Assembly: GCA_012295275.1 (NCBI GenBank)
Contig: CM022673.1
Span: forward strand, 27,156,001-27,220,000
DNA: 64,000 bases
Reading direction: 5' to 3'
Origin: Chrysomallon squamiferum
Lineage: Eukaryota > Animalia > Mollusca
Position 1 is the first letter of the stretch, and each line of letters begins with the position of its first letter. The notes beneath the pieces were generated by a model. It was not told where the DNA came from. It saw only the letters and a program-made list of their open reading frames with translations, and did no database searches. A program made the translations under genes and the position numbers. Shown piece by piece: positions 1-24,099 of this stretch.

Positions 1-166
1 TTTATAGTAGCTTGCTGATTGGACTTTTTCTTTATGCTAAATTCTTTGTTAATTTAACATTGGTAATAAAAATATTTAGAAAAATGCTTCAGATATTTAA
101 TATATCACTAACAATACATATTCTAATAAATATCCTGGAATAACGTTTTTTGAAGACAACAACAGC

Positions 167-209
<43 letters not shown>

Positions 210-995
210 TGTAAAAGAACATTAGCATCTATCATTTAAATTTTTTAGCATATTAACATAATTACACCTGAGCAGAAATTCAATTTTTTAGTTTGTTTAC
301 AGACAAATTATTCAAAAATAAATAAGTGTGTTTTTTAAACATAAGTTTTATTAATTCAGAGAGTTTGTTTTACATTATTGTATATATTTAATTTAATTTT
401 ATTATTTTAAATCTGATATAAATATTAAAACACAACTGTAACTGAGACATAATAATGAATTAGTTTTCTAAATATTCAACATTACTGGCGACTCAGCAGT
501 AGATTGTGTCATGAAATTAAGAATGTGCTGGTTTTATTTCTCTTGATCAGTGTTAATTCATTAAAAATGTTCTGAATATTGTTTATTCATAAATAGTTTG
601 GCTCTCTGCCATTTATTGAAAACTATATAAAAAAAAAATATATATATATATATATAAAAAAGAAGAAAAAACAAGTAATTTCAAAGAAATTTATAACAAA
701 AATGTCAAAAAAACTAACCTAGATACAGAAATGTAAATAAGAAATAATGTAGAAATAGTATTCAAAGAATTTTAAATCCCAATTTATTTTTTATTTTTTA
801 TTTTTTTTAACTTTAATTGCTATAATCATTATGCATTTAACTTTATAAAGAACACAAAAATTGCCAAATTTGTTTCTGTTTGAGTATTCTAACTGTAAGA
901 TCAGAATAAGTATTGCCAGGTAGACAGGATTTTTTATCTGTAATCTCAGCAAATTTTGAACCAGTTAAAATATTTTTCTTTATACATTGTTACAG

Positions 996-1013
996 ATATA
1001 CTTCGCCCAACAG
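996..1013 (+). CDS. Candidate 18-nt in-frame microexon of the BLTP3-like gene (GC donor)
   Basis: tttatacattgttacAG|ATATACTTCGCCCAACAG|GCAAGT; phase 1-1, no stop, reads (D)ILRPT; matches the phase-1 start of the exon at 6060. Confidence 0.4.
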
Positions 1014-2740
1014 GCAAGTTTGTGTGTTTGGCAGTTAAAGATAGTTTTATTTAGTTAAATATCTTTTTCTTTTTCTTATTTTTAAAATTTTCTTTTCCTT
1101 TTTAAACGTTTTAATTTTTTATTTTTTTATCAGGCATTAGAGATTACTATATATATATATATATAATTTATTTTGTTGTTAGAAATGTTTTCAGTTATCC
1201 AGAATAGAAACATTTGGTGTTTAATTCTTAAAACACATAATTGATCTTTTATTATTATTATTATTATTTTTTTTTTTGGAATGTGTATTGAAATTGTTAG
1301 TGTATGCAAATGTTTACTGTATTTCTAAAGAATAAAATGTAAAATTAAACAAAACAAAATATTATAATACAACTATAATCAAATTAATTAATTGAAAATG
1401 TACCTGTAATGTTGCACACAAACAATCTAAATGAATTTTGCATATTTGTAAGTTATTGTTATGACTGTTTCTTTTGACCAACCTTTACTAACAATAAAGT
1501 GAAAAAATAATGCAACTATTAGAGGTTGCCATTTTTACTTCTTTTGTGCCTGTGTGTGTCCTTGTGGCATCATGTTAATGAGAAATTTAAAGAAGAATCT
1601 TTACAAACTAAAACAACTTTGCCAGTGATCCAGTTTAGATGGATAACCACTGAGTACATTTTTTCCAAACACATCAGTTTAAACCATTCTGTGTACTGTG
1701 TGAGATCATAAAGAAAGAAATCAGCAAGAAAAATGGCAGCTTCCTGTTTATTTCCTGTGTTTGTTATTTGTTATCATACTTCATTATTAGTAATAGGTAG
1801 ATTTTAAGACATGATGAAAATAAAAAAATTGCTATTCCGTAGATAAGTAAATATTTGTTTGCATCATCACAGGTACATTTTGAATGGAACAGTATTTTTT
1901 GTATTCTTATTTTTTGTTATGTTACTAATCATTTTTTTTTTTTTTTTTTCAATTTATTTGATTAATTAACAAAATAATAATAATAATAATAATGATTACT
2001 AATTAAATGTTTATTAAAATATTTATGCTTCACTTTGTTTTTCTTTTTTCTTGTTTTTTAAATTTAAATTATTTTATATGGTTCTGTCATTTTTTGTAAC
2101 ATTAATTTTATAACCACACAAATAAACATTAGTCAACATTCTGCAGTATGTGGCAAATAAAAAATAATTTATATTATATCTTTACTTGGCCAAAAGTGTC
2201 TGACTTTCATTAAAAAACAACAACAAAGAAAACATTTTGGGATGAAAACTTTTTTTATAGGATTCCAAAATTTCTGTTTGTTCTTTGATTGAGTATTTGA
2301 TTGAGCAGTTGGGGACTTCAGCAAGAATGTTAACTTATGTTTGTCACAAGTTTTAACAGAAAATTTACTTTTTCTTAATACTAATCTTAATACTTTTAAG
2401 ATGGGGAGGAAGCATTTCAGAAATTTAAAAAAACAATTCTAAAATAATGTATTAATAAAACAAAACTAATAATAATAAAAAAAACAAGTGAAAAAAGAAA
2501 TGAAGTGACAGAAAAACACACCTTTGACTATAAGTAAAACCTTTAGGAACTTTAAAAGAAGTCTTTATTTATTTTTATGAATTTTTTTTAAAATAGCAAA
2601 TTTGAAGGATGGTGGATTTTAATGCTTGTAATGAAAAAGATTTTTTTTAAAAAGATTTTTTTCTGTCTGCTAATTGTTTAAGATTTAATGATAAATTGAA
2701 ATGGTTAATGGAAGTTTCACATTGTTTATACATATTACAG

Positions 2741-2764
2741 ATGATGAGTTAATTGTCACTCGTG
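2741..2764 (+). CDS. Candidate 24-nt in-frame microexon of the BLTP3-like gene
   Basis: tttatacatattacAG|ATGATGAGTTAATTGTCACTCGTG|GTGAGT; phase 1-1, reads (D)DELIVTR(G); TGCATG at 2808-2813 downstream. Confidence 0.5.
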
Positions 2765-3039
2765 GTGAGTGTAACTCGCAGTTTGCTCCCCTGATCAGCT
2801 CTTTTGGTGCATGCTGTATGCTCATTAATCTTCTGTTTATTAGTAGAAGGGTTTCAAGCTGTTTTTGATTTTCCTCTTAATTTCATATTATTATTATTTT
2901 TAAATTATATTTTTATCATTTTCTTACCTGTATTTATAATGGTTAATAAAAAAAAAAAAAAGAGGAAGACAAATTCACATAATTATGTCAATTTGTTTTT
3001 CAAATGAATTTTTATGTAATTTCACATTCTTGTTAAATG

Positions 3040-3073
<34 letters not shown>

Positions 3074-3511
3074 TTATTATTATTATTTTAAATGAATAAT
3101 ACATAAATATAATACTTAAAAAAACAACAAACAAACAAACATAATAATAATAATAAAAGAAGAAGAAAAATAAACAAATAGGTAAAGAAGGAAAGGAAAG
3201 AAAATTACAGAACAGCTTGAAATTCTGGAGCACTTTAATTTTTTATTATTTCTTTAAAGCATCTCTATATTTTTTAATTTATTTTTTATTTTTATTTTAG
3301 CATTAAATGTCCAGCCTGTTGAATGTCTTTTTATTTAGGTTCAGAGAAACACTGTTACTTATAAGTCTTCATGTTTTCCATCATTCTGCAGTATACATGC
3401 TTCTATCCATTATGATATCTCATTCATAAGTTTGTCTGAAAACAAAATTAAACTTTTTAGAATAAAGAATCTGTGAAAACTGGGTCAGAAATATAAAAAT
3501 TTACAACATTT

Positions 3512-3542
<31 letters not shown>

Positions 3543-4716
3543 TTCATTTACTGGTTTTGGTTTTATTTAGTTAAACTTAATTTTGTTCATTCTTTTTTCT
3601 TTTTCTGTTCCTCTTTTTTTCTTTTTTTCTTTCTTTTTTTAGTTATTTGTTTTTAGCAAATATAAAAATTTACAAGTACAAAATGATTTACTGACAATAC
3701 CCTTGTTTATGAATTTAGAATCATGTTTACTAAAATGTTTACACAGAAATCAGTTTGTGCTGGGCTGCAGTGTGTATTCCTTTGTAGAGGTACCTCTGTT
3801 TTTCATAACATAACTGCAAGAATCCCCAAGAATATCGTTTATTATTACTAGTATGTAAAAATGTAAACATTTATTTTAATTCATACATAAAACAAGCGTA
3901 AACATACACACTCATATTATTACATACGTACACACAGACACAGTCTACATGATATTTATCTCATCATAGATACTAACATTTTCAAGGGAGTTCATTCAAC
4001 CTGGTATCAGTGCTTAGAATACCTAACATCTTTTAGTCGTTAGAAATTATCTGCTTATTTGCATATATAGAAACAATTTACAAAAGTAGTAAGGAAATGA
4101 TGCACTTCAGTGTCCTCCACTCATTCTCTTGTTGTTGTTCTCAAGAAACAGAGACTAGATAGATATACAGGCTGGCAGCAGATTATTATTAGCTACACTT
4201 TCAAAGTATTTAAGTGGTTTTTACTTCCCAGTAATGTTCGTTTGAAGATCAAATAGCAAACAGTGGATCCATCTGTTATGTAAAGAGATGTACAAATACA
4301 CACAATATAAAGACACACACACGCACACTTACATATCTACAGACAGACAGATACAAGCACACACATCCTGATGCATACACACACACACACACACATAGAC
4401 AGTCATCAACATTTACACAGGATATGTACTGTGTTTGTTTATGTACACCATTCCAGATAACGTACTTAATCTCCAGACATCACAGTTTACAAACACCAAT
4501 ACAAATCAAATTACTGTTGCTGCTGCTGCTGCTGCTGTTGTTGTTATGTGTGGAAAGTAGCAACATTGGGTTCTGAGCTCGTGTAAACATAAGTATCTTT
4601 AAACACGTCCATTCACTTATTTAATTTTCCACTGAGTAAATAATTCATAGTAAATCTTACCATGAACTGAACTGTCATAGACATTACAACTGTGTTCAAC
4701 CTTTTGTTTGTTTTTT

Positions 4717-4767
<51 letters not shown>

Positions 4768-5859
4768 TTTGGTTGTATTTGTTTAGTTCACTGGAAGAAA
4801 TATTCCTAAAGTTTCCTGCAATGAAATTTTTAAGATCTCAAAATTAGCATTAAGGAAAAAAAAAAAATAATAATAATAATTTCTTCAGTACATTTATTTA
4901 TTTATTTATTTATTTAATTTTGTTCAATTTTATTATTATTATTTTTTAAAGTTTCTATTCACTTATTTATATTTTTATTTATTTATTATTTTCTATAATT
5001 CACAACAAAACTTAATTTCGGAAAATGATAATACAGGCAATTTCAACTGCAAATTTATCATTAACCTATTTTAGTGTTCAAATACATATGTATAAAAAAA
5101 AATTAAAAACTAAAACATTAATAAATAAACAAAAAGGCTATCTGATATTCTAGGATTTATTATCATAAATCCACATTTCAGAATAAATAAATAAATAAAT
5201 AAATAAAGTTTACAAAGATCACATATAAGAACAAGTTTCTCTGTCCACACACCAGTTTATTCTTGAAATGTTGTATGTTATCAGACCCTTGTGAAATGTG
5301 AAATACTTCATTCCTGTTTGTCTTTCTTTTCTTTTCTTTTCTTTTTCCCTTTTCTTCCTCATTTTATTAAGTTTGGGACATGATTTGGTTAACAGAAACT
5401 ATTTTGTCTGTGTCCATCTATCTACATCTGTATCTACTTCTGTCTGTATTTTTACATATTCTTGTAGATTTGAGGGTGTAGGCTTTTGTTATGTTGATTA
5501 TTTTCAGTTATTATATTCTGTTCTATGGTCAGTGTATGAAATTTTCAGTGATTTTTTATTTTAATTTTGGTATTTTATATATTAATCATTCGTATTTGTG
5601 TCATTTGTGTGTGTGTGAGTGATGAGTGTGTGTATGTGTGTTTGTGGTGTGTTATTATATAGGTGAGAGAAAGATTAGTATCATATTAAAAAATGAACAA
5701 TCTTTTTTATAATAAGAAGTCTATTTATTATTTAGAATGTGACTAGTTTAGATAGCCTAATTATAATAATAATAACAACAACACACTGAAATATTGACAC
5801 TGATACAGTTAGTCTAATTGTATGTGTGTGTCTATGTATGTGTGGACTGTGTCTCTGTA

Positions 5860-5896
<37 letters not shown>

Positions 5897-6059
5897 TGGC
5901 ATGTGAAACATAAAAAAATGTAAATAACTTACCCATTCAAAATAAATGCTATAATAACTCAAAAAATATACATTAACGTGACATTTCTTGAATTTAAAAT
6001 TACATAACAATCTATAACGAAAATACGGCTTTTAATTTTTTCCACTGTACCTGTTCCAG

Positions 6060-16823
<10,764 letters not shown>

Positions 16824-16966
16824 AAGTTAATGCGTAACGCGTGTTGTTGTTGTTGTTGACATTGCCCACCTTCAGAAGACCACTGCTGTATAAGAAAAAT
16901 TCTTTGTACATAAAGTTGTGAGATTTTTTTTTTTTTTGTCAAAACGTTTGTGTGCATATTATGTGC

Positions 16967-17000
<34 letters not shown>

Positions 17001-17838
17001 GTGCGTGTGCGTGTGCGTGTGTGTGTGTGGCTTTAGAAACAAAATTGAAAATTTTGATATGAATTAGCCATAAGAACAAGAAGTTACTGTCCCATTAAGT
17101 AGTTATGTTATTTTCTTTTTTATTTTCTTTTTATTATTTTTTATTTTTTATTTTTTTTTTTTTTTTTTTTTATTGTTTTATTTAAAATGTGAGATAGAAG
17201 TAAAGTATCTAATACAAAAAGTAAATAATACATAAAACAGACATTTTTTGGCAGTCATTCATCATGGTGCTGTAGTTTTATTATATAATATATTCAAACA
17301 TTTATTTTCTGCATTTTTCTAAAAATGATCTTTATGTGTTGGTTGAATTTTTTGTATTTTTAACCCACACAGATACAAGTTCTGGTTTTTTCGTTTTGTA
17401 ATAATGCAGCATAAATTTCATTTAAACAGATCTGACCAGAACAATTTAATTTTTATTTTTATTTCTGTTTGTTTATTAATCAGTTTTATCACATTTTATG
17501 TGAAATCAACAGACACTGTTTAAGTAAGAAGCGATAAACAAATATTTCATGTAGAAGATCATTTTTATTGTTTAAAAAGAATTCATTTTTACTTTATTTA
17601 TTTTTTCTTAACTCTTTTTTTTTGTTGTTGTTGTTGTTATTTTTCTCTAATTTTTCAGTTTAAAGAAAAACCACTGATTAAATATTTATATTTAATCAAA
17701 TGTTTTAATTAGTTAACGCACATATATATAAATTTCTGACAAATGTTGTTTGTTTTTTTAATTATATCCGCATGCAACTCAAGAAAGATTTATACTTTTA
17801 AAATATCATTAAGCTATCACAGATTTTGTACATATATA

Positions 17839-17874
<36 letters not shown>

Positions 17875-20023
17875 TCAGTGACACTGTATTTCATGTATCT
17901 GAATTTTTATGTATCTGACTTCCTTTTACTGTAATTAAACATTTGATTCATATAAGAAAAAATTTTTTTTGTGTTTTTTTTTTGGTTTGTAGTTCTTTAC
18001 AAAGTAGAAAGTAGGTATATTACGAATATTTTCTGGTTTATTTTTTTTTTTTTTTCTAATAAATAATACAGTTTCATTATGACTTGTTTAACGAACAACA
18101 AGAAAAAATGTTGAGATTCTTAGCCTCAGTTATTTTTATTCCTTATAATTATAGAAAAATTACAAAAAGGTTGATAATGAACAAGTCAAAATGTCTGACT
18201 TAGTAAGTAAGAAGCTGATATTTTTAAGTTTTAAGTTTTTTGTCTCTGAAATAGTTGTTTTGTTATTTGCTGGTGGTTGTTTTTTTGATGATTGTAGACA
18301 ACGAGCAAAATTCAGAATTAATTTGTAATATTTAAGCTGAATTTCTTTTTATTCCTTTTTGCCAAACTAGCTCATGTGATTTTAATTTAGTAGTTTTCTA
18401 CATAGCTGAATGTCCTTGTGTTTACAAATATGATGTTTTTGTAATATGAATTTATTTACACCTGTGATTTTTCAATAGTTAACCTCTTTGCATTTTGTTA
18501 AAGTTTTGTTTTCATAGTGTGGTGATTATGATAATAATTTTATCCTTATTTTTAAATTATTTTATTTACTTTTTTGTTTATTAATATTAGTATTATTATT
18601 ATTATTATTATTATTATAAAAAAAATACTTTTTGTTGCTTTATTTCTTTTAAAGATTTCAACTTTATTATTGTAAAAATAACCTGTGATTTATTTGTAAA
18701 TAGTTTAAGTTTGCTCACTTGATTATTATAATACTTAGAAGCATATTAACAGCATTGCTTACATTAAAATAATAAAGTGAAATAAAAGTAAAAAATGGAA
18801 TAGTTTTTATTTTTATAACTTATTATGAAGTAATAGTTACAAGATTATGTTTTATATATATATATATATATATATCTGTATCCCAAAACCTATGATTATA
18901 TCTAATTATAACTGTTTAACAATTTTAACCACATGAAATAAAAAATATATTTTGACATTCCTGAAATATTTTGTTGGTATTCTTGTCTATGTATTGTAGC
19001 ATTAAAAAATGTTTAAAATAACCAAACAAATTACTTAAAATTGCTGTATTTGAAATATGAATAATATAACTTCGCATTTATTTATACAAAAAGTTTAAAG
19101 TTATTATTTTATCATTAAAAAAGAAAAAAAATTAACAATGGTAAGCTCTTAGTTCGACTTTAATTTTGTTTTACATGTTGTTTTTATTTTTTTAATCCTT
19201 TTTTATTCAAGAATTTATTCTGTAGTTATTTAAATGATTTAATTTGTTATTATAATTATTATATATATATATATATATATATACTTTTTGTTAATCTATA
19301 AAATAGCTCAAATATCATTATTTTTGCTGTATTTTACAGACTAAAATGAAGAAAAAAAAAACAAATGTTTTTTTTAAATTATTTTTTTTAAGTATATATT
19401 TTCAAATAATAGCATTATAAATTGTTATATTTCTGTTAACAAATGTTACAAATGATGATAGATATTTATTTATTTAAATAACTGAAGTTTCATATGTATT
19501 ATTATATTTGTATCATGTTATGTCCATTCCTTAATATTTTTATAGTAGACTTAAGCCAGTCTGCGTGTTTTTCTCCCAAATCTCTTTTGTGTGTTGTATG
19601 TGTGTGTTTACTTACATGTATATGTTGTGTGTATGAATGCACGCATGTGTATATGCATGTATGTATGTGAATATGTATATATGTGCATGCCTATAGTTTA
19701 TAACTGTTTTACAGAAGAAAAAAAAATGTGTAACTTACCTTTTCTAAAATAAAGCCAAACTGTTCATATTGTATTTTTTACAGACGTAGTTTTGTAAAAA
19801 GGAGAATGATGGAGAGGTTAAAATGTAAAAATAACCTACATGATCATGAGTATTGTCTTGTCAATTAGATTTTTTTTTTTTTCAATGTGTTATACTCTGA
19901 TTATATTTCATCATTTGTGGTTTCAAGTTAGTTGTTGTTTTTTCATTACTGTTGTATATAAAGTAGTGTATATACATAGATATATATTATTTTACAGTAT
20001 TCAATGATCGTCATGTTGTTATT

Positions 20024-20054
<31 letters not shown>

Positions 20055-23000
20055 TTTCAAAAATACAATTGTTAAAAAAATATATATATTTTTTCTGTGA
20101 TTGTTGGCCATAATGGAAGGGAGCAATTTTATTTCATTGTAATAAACCATTTGACATGCATTATATTAAAAGTTCCATCCTGTAACAAGTGTATATTACT
20201 TAGCATTAATCATAATTAACCAGTTATACAATACAAAATATTGTTAAAAAAAAAACGTTGAACGAAACAGATAGTTCATATATTAAAATTTTGTTGGTGT
20301 TTTTTCTTACAGTTTTCTAGGGGGTAATTTCCTTGTAAACGTTAAATATTTTATGTATTTATCTATATATTTAATTGTACACATATGCACTAAATTGGAA
20401 TCTTCACAAAAATTGGGAGTAATGCATAAAATCATTTATGAAGAAGAAAACGAAAATAAAGTTTAAATTTGCTGTGACTATGCTACTATGTTGTCTCTCA
20501 TTTTGCTGATTAACTGCAGACATCTCTCAAAATATAAGTTTAAAACAGTTTCAGTTTCATTTGCAGCTTTAAAAAACTTGTTTGAGAAGTTCAGTTACCT
20601 TTCTGAATGGTTTCATCAGAATAATAAACATAATAAAATAAGTAATTGTGAAAATTTTAAACGATTATTTTCTCTGTGGATTTTAATTCAGTATTTTTGA
20701 AAAGTAGCTTCATATAATTTGTGTTTATTTTATTTACAAAGATGCAGCCTTTTTGGGAAATGTTCCTATTTATGTTTCCATTGTGCCAGGAAAAACCACT
20801 GTGAACCATATATATATTTACTATGATTTACAGTCAATACAAATATTTTTTAAGTTACATTTATCGGTACCGAATTCAGTGGGGCATTTCTTAAAATGAC
20901 CGTTTTGAAAATTTATTTTAAAATCATACTTAAGAAATCTGTTAATGCCCAGCTCATAAAAAGAGTTAATTTTTTATTGATTATAAAGCAGTCAATAATT
21001 TGGTTTTATATACATATGTGTTTGCATTATTCCTACTTTACCATAATTATCTAAAAAAAAATCATTTAGTATATTGATTATGGATCTCTTTACAAAGCAT
21101 TTTGTGAGTGTGTGTGTGTGTGGTTTGTGCCTCTGTGCATTTAATAACATTTCAATATGCATTTTAATGGCATATATCTGAATTATACAGTAGTTATAAA
21201 GATTTATTTGATTTAGAATTTCTATTGCCATATTTTGTACAAAATAATTTAACGTTTTGTTGCACTATGCAGTGCAAAATACTATATTTTGGGGTTTGTT
21301 TTGTTTTGTTTTTTTATTTTGTTTTGTTTGGAAATGTTTGCTAGTACAGGCCTGTAATTTTGGTCATGTTACTTTTTACATTTTTTTCCTGTTTTTAAAT
21401 CTAAATATTTGTTTACTGCTTATTCTTGCCTGAATAACTGAAGACAATATTTGCAGATTGTTTATTTTAATATTAGAAAAACAAATTTAACTAAATATAA
21501 TAATGCCAGGGTATATTTGATCAAAGCCGTATGAAGATAAAACAGTAGAGAGTGATTTTTATGAAAGGTATATTTTGTTTTTAAAACTAACATTTTGTTT
21601 CTTCCTTAACAGGATTGTTTATATAAATTGTTTAAATAAATCAGAATGTTTTCATCAAAATAGACTTTTTTTTTCTTCCTTTTTAAATTAAACTCATGTG
21701 AGGAACCAATATTGATACACATTACATTTGAAACATTAATGATATTCATATTGTACTTTGACCTTTTACTAAATTGCAGCGTCTTTTTCAAATGTAGCAT
21801 TTTTTGGTTTTGTGGAAGACATTGAACACTTAAGTGCAATATATAAATAATTAAGAAAAGTTAATTTTGCTTACTAAATTAAGAACCATAAAAAGATCAA
21901 CAATATTAATTATTATATTTTAACATAATCTGCATGTTTATAGTTCTGTTTTGCTTTTTATGAACTAAAACGTATATCCATTTCGTGAAAATTTCTTTTC
22001 AGTAATGTTATAAAAATAGTATTTTCAAGTGATCTGCTCTCTTGTGTATGTCAGTGTTTCTCAATGTTTCCTTATTCAGATCTTTCCTCATCAAATACCA
22101 GGGTGATGTTTCCTTTCACCTTGATATTTCTATGCATTATTTGTATCCTCAGCTGGATAGAATGTAACAATAAATTAAAAAGTTAATTTTTGTTATGATT
22201 AAAATGTATAAACATACGACTAAAAAAAAAAAAAAAAATTTTTTATCACCACAAATAAGTAATAACAATAAGCTAAATTAAGAAAAGCAAAATATGATAA
22301 ATTAATTTTAATTCAGTTTTAAAGACCTCAAAAAAATAAATAAAATAAAATAAACAAACGTTTGATCATGGGGTCAGAGTATTTATATTCAAGGTAATTA
22401 TTAAAACATTGTTGAGAAATAAAATTAAGTAGAAAGTTCTATGATATAAAAAAGTGAAGAGAAATGGTTCAAGTCGACAAAGAAATAAAATTGCTTACCA
22501 ACATTTGTTTGTATTCTGTTGTGTGTCACATACCAGGCAGAGATGTTCACAAACCTCAAGTTTTCTAAATTGTTGTTTAATTCAGCAAAGTATTATTTCA
22601 TTCTGCTACCCCTTTGATTAGTCTCATTATTTTACATTGGGTTAAAAAAAAATTGATAATAATTTTAAATTTGATTGCTTTTGATTTCAATCAGAGTAAA
22701 ACCAAACTCACTGGTTCTTAAAGCATCATGTATTGGACAGTCTATAATTTATGGGTTGGAGTGTTGGGTCAGATTTGTGCCTTGGTGAATTATGGGATCA
22801 CTTCTTGGTACACTTTTGGGCAATTTTCCCATTCCAGTCGGTACCCCAAGCCTGGCGCAACTCCTATCCATCTAATGTTTTATTAACAAAAAAAACAATA
22901 TCAATGCTGATGATGATGCAGCAGTAGTTTTCTGATTTACTAAAAAGTTTTCCTGACTCAACAATTTAATGTCAGTTATATAGACATGCTGTTAAACTAT

Positions 23001-23884
23001 CTTTCTTTTGCAGCATACACATTACATACACAATTAATTTATAAATCTGTAGTGTTTTATAATGATGTTTGTTAATCTGCTTGTTGTATATAAAACCTGT
23101 GTTTATGTAAGTATTTCTGCAAGACCAAAGGACGTCCCATTTTGTACTAAAGATTCGATGGAAACAAAACAATTAAGCATTAAAATACTTTTTTTTTATT
23201 TTTTTTTTTGAAGATTTATTATCTTAAATACTTATGTTTCACATAATTCTGAAACATTTGTAATCCAAAACATATTACACCAAATTCTTTTAAAAATGTT
23301 GAACATCTGATAAAAGAATAAAAATATTTAGAATGAAAGTTAATTTTCTAAAACAAATATCTAACAGGCTTCGTTAATATTTATATTGATACTTTAGTTT
23401 ATAAACAGCCATCTCCAAGTATGTCTTTGCATCCAATTTGTCAATAATTTACACTAGTAACATACAAATCACCATTAAGTATAAATATGTAAGTAATTAA
23501 TTATTGCATTTTGATCACATGTTCATTCCTATTTCATTTTATGATAAACATATCGTTATTCAAAGTCTGAAAAAATTTAATGTCAGCCCTTTTCCAAAAA
23601 TGATTTGGAGACAGCCATGGTTTATAACTAAGTATATAAGCTGCCTAATAAAGAATCAGGTAATTCAATTTTAAAAGAGATGACGAAACAAAGCAAAACA
23701 AAAACAAATAGATAACAAATGAAAAATCAAATGATTTCACTAAAACACAAATCAGAAAGTATCTAACACAATAAATATTTTTTTTAAAAATGATCGTTAA
23801 AAATTAACTTTCCAAAATGTTAAAAATCTTCAATCTGGCGATGGCTCTATGAAATGGGAATTAACAATCAACATACCAAGAGTA

Positions 23885-23922
<38 letters not shown>

Positions 23923-24099
23923 CATTTGTTACATTAACCATATATATCCATCCATCAACGTCTCTTTTATTTTTTAAAAATGCATGTTACTTGCAACTTG
24001 ATTGTAAAAAAAAAAAAAAAAAATCACAACTGATGGGTGTAGGAAAAAACTGTTGATAAGTTCACGTAATGGCGATATGATGAAATGACAGGCCGCTGA

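Noticed and set aside
16824-23200. Hidden gene between BLTP3 and SR-A
   Set aside because: Only AT-rich low-complexity sequence and repeat relics; no exon-like islands; probably long 3' UTR and intergenic DNA
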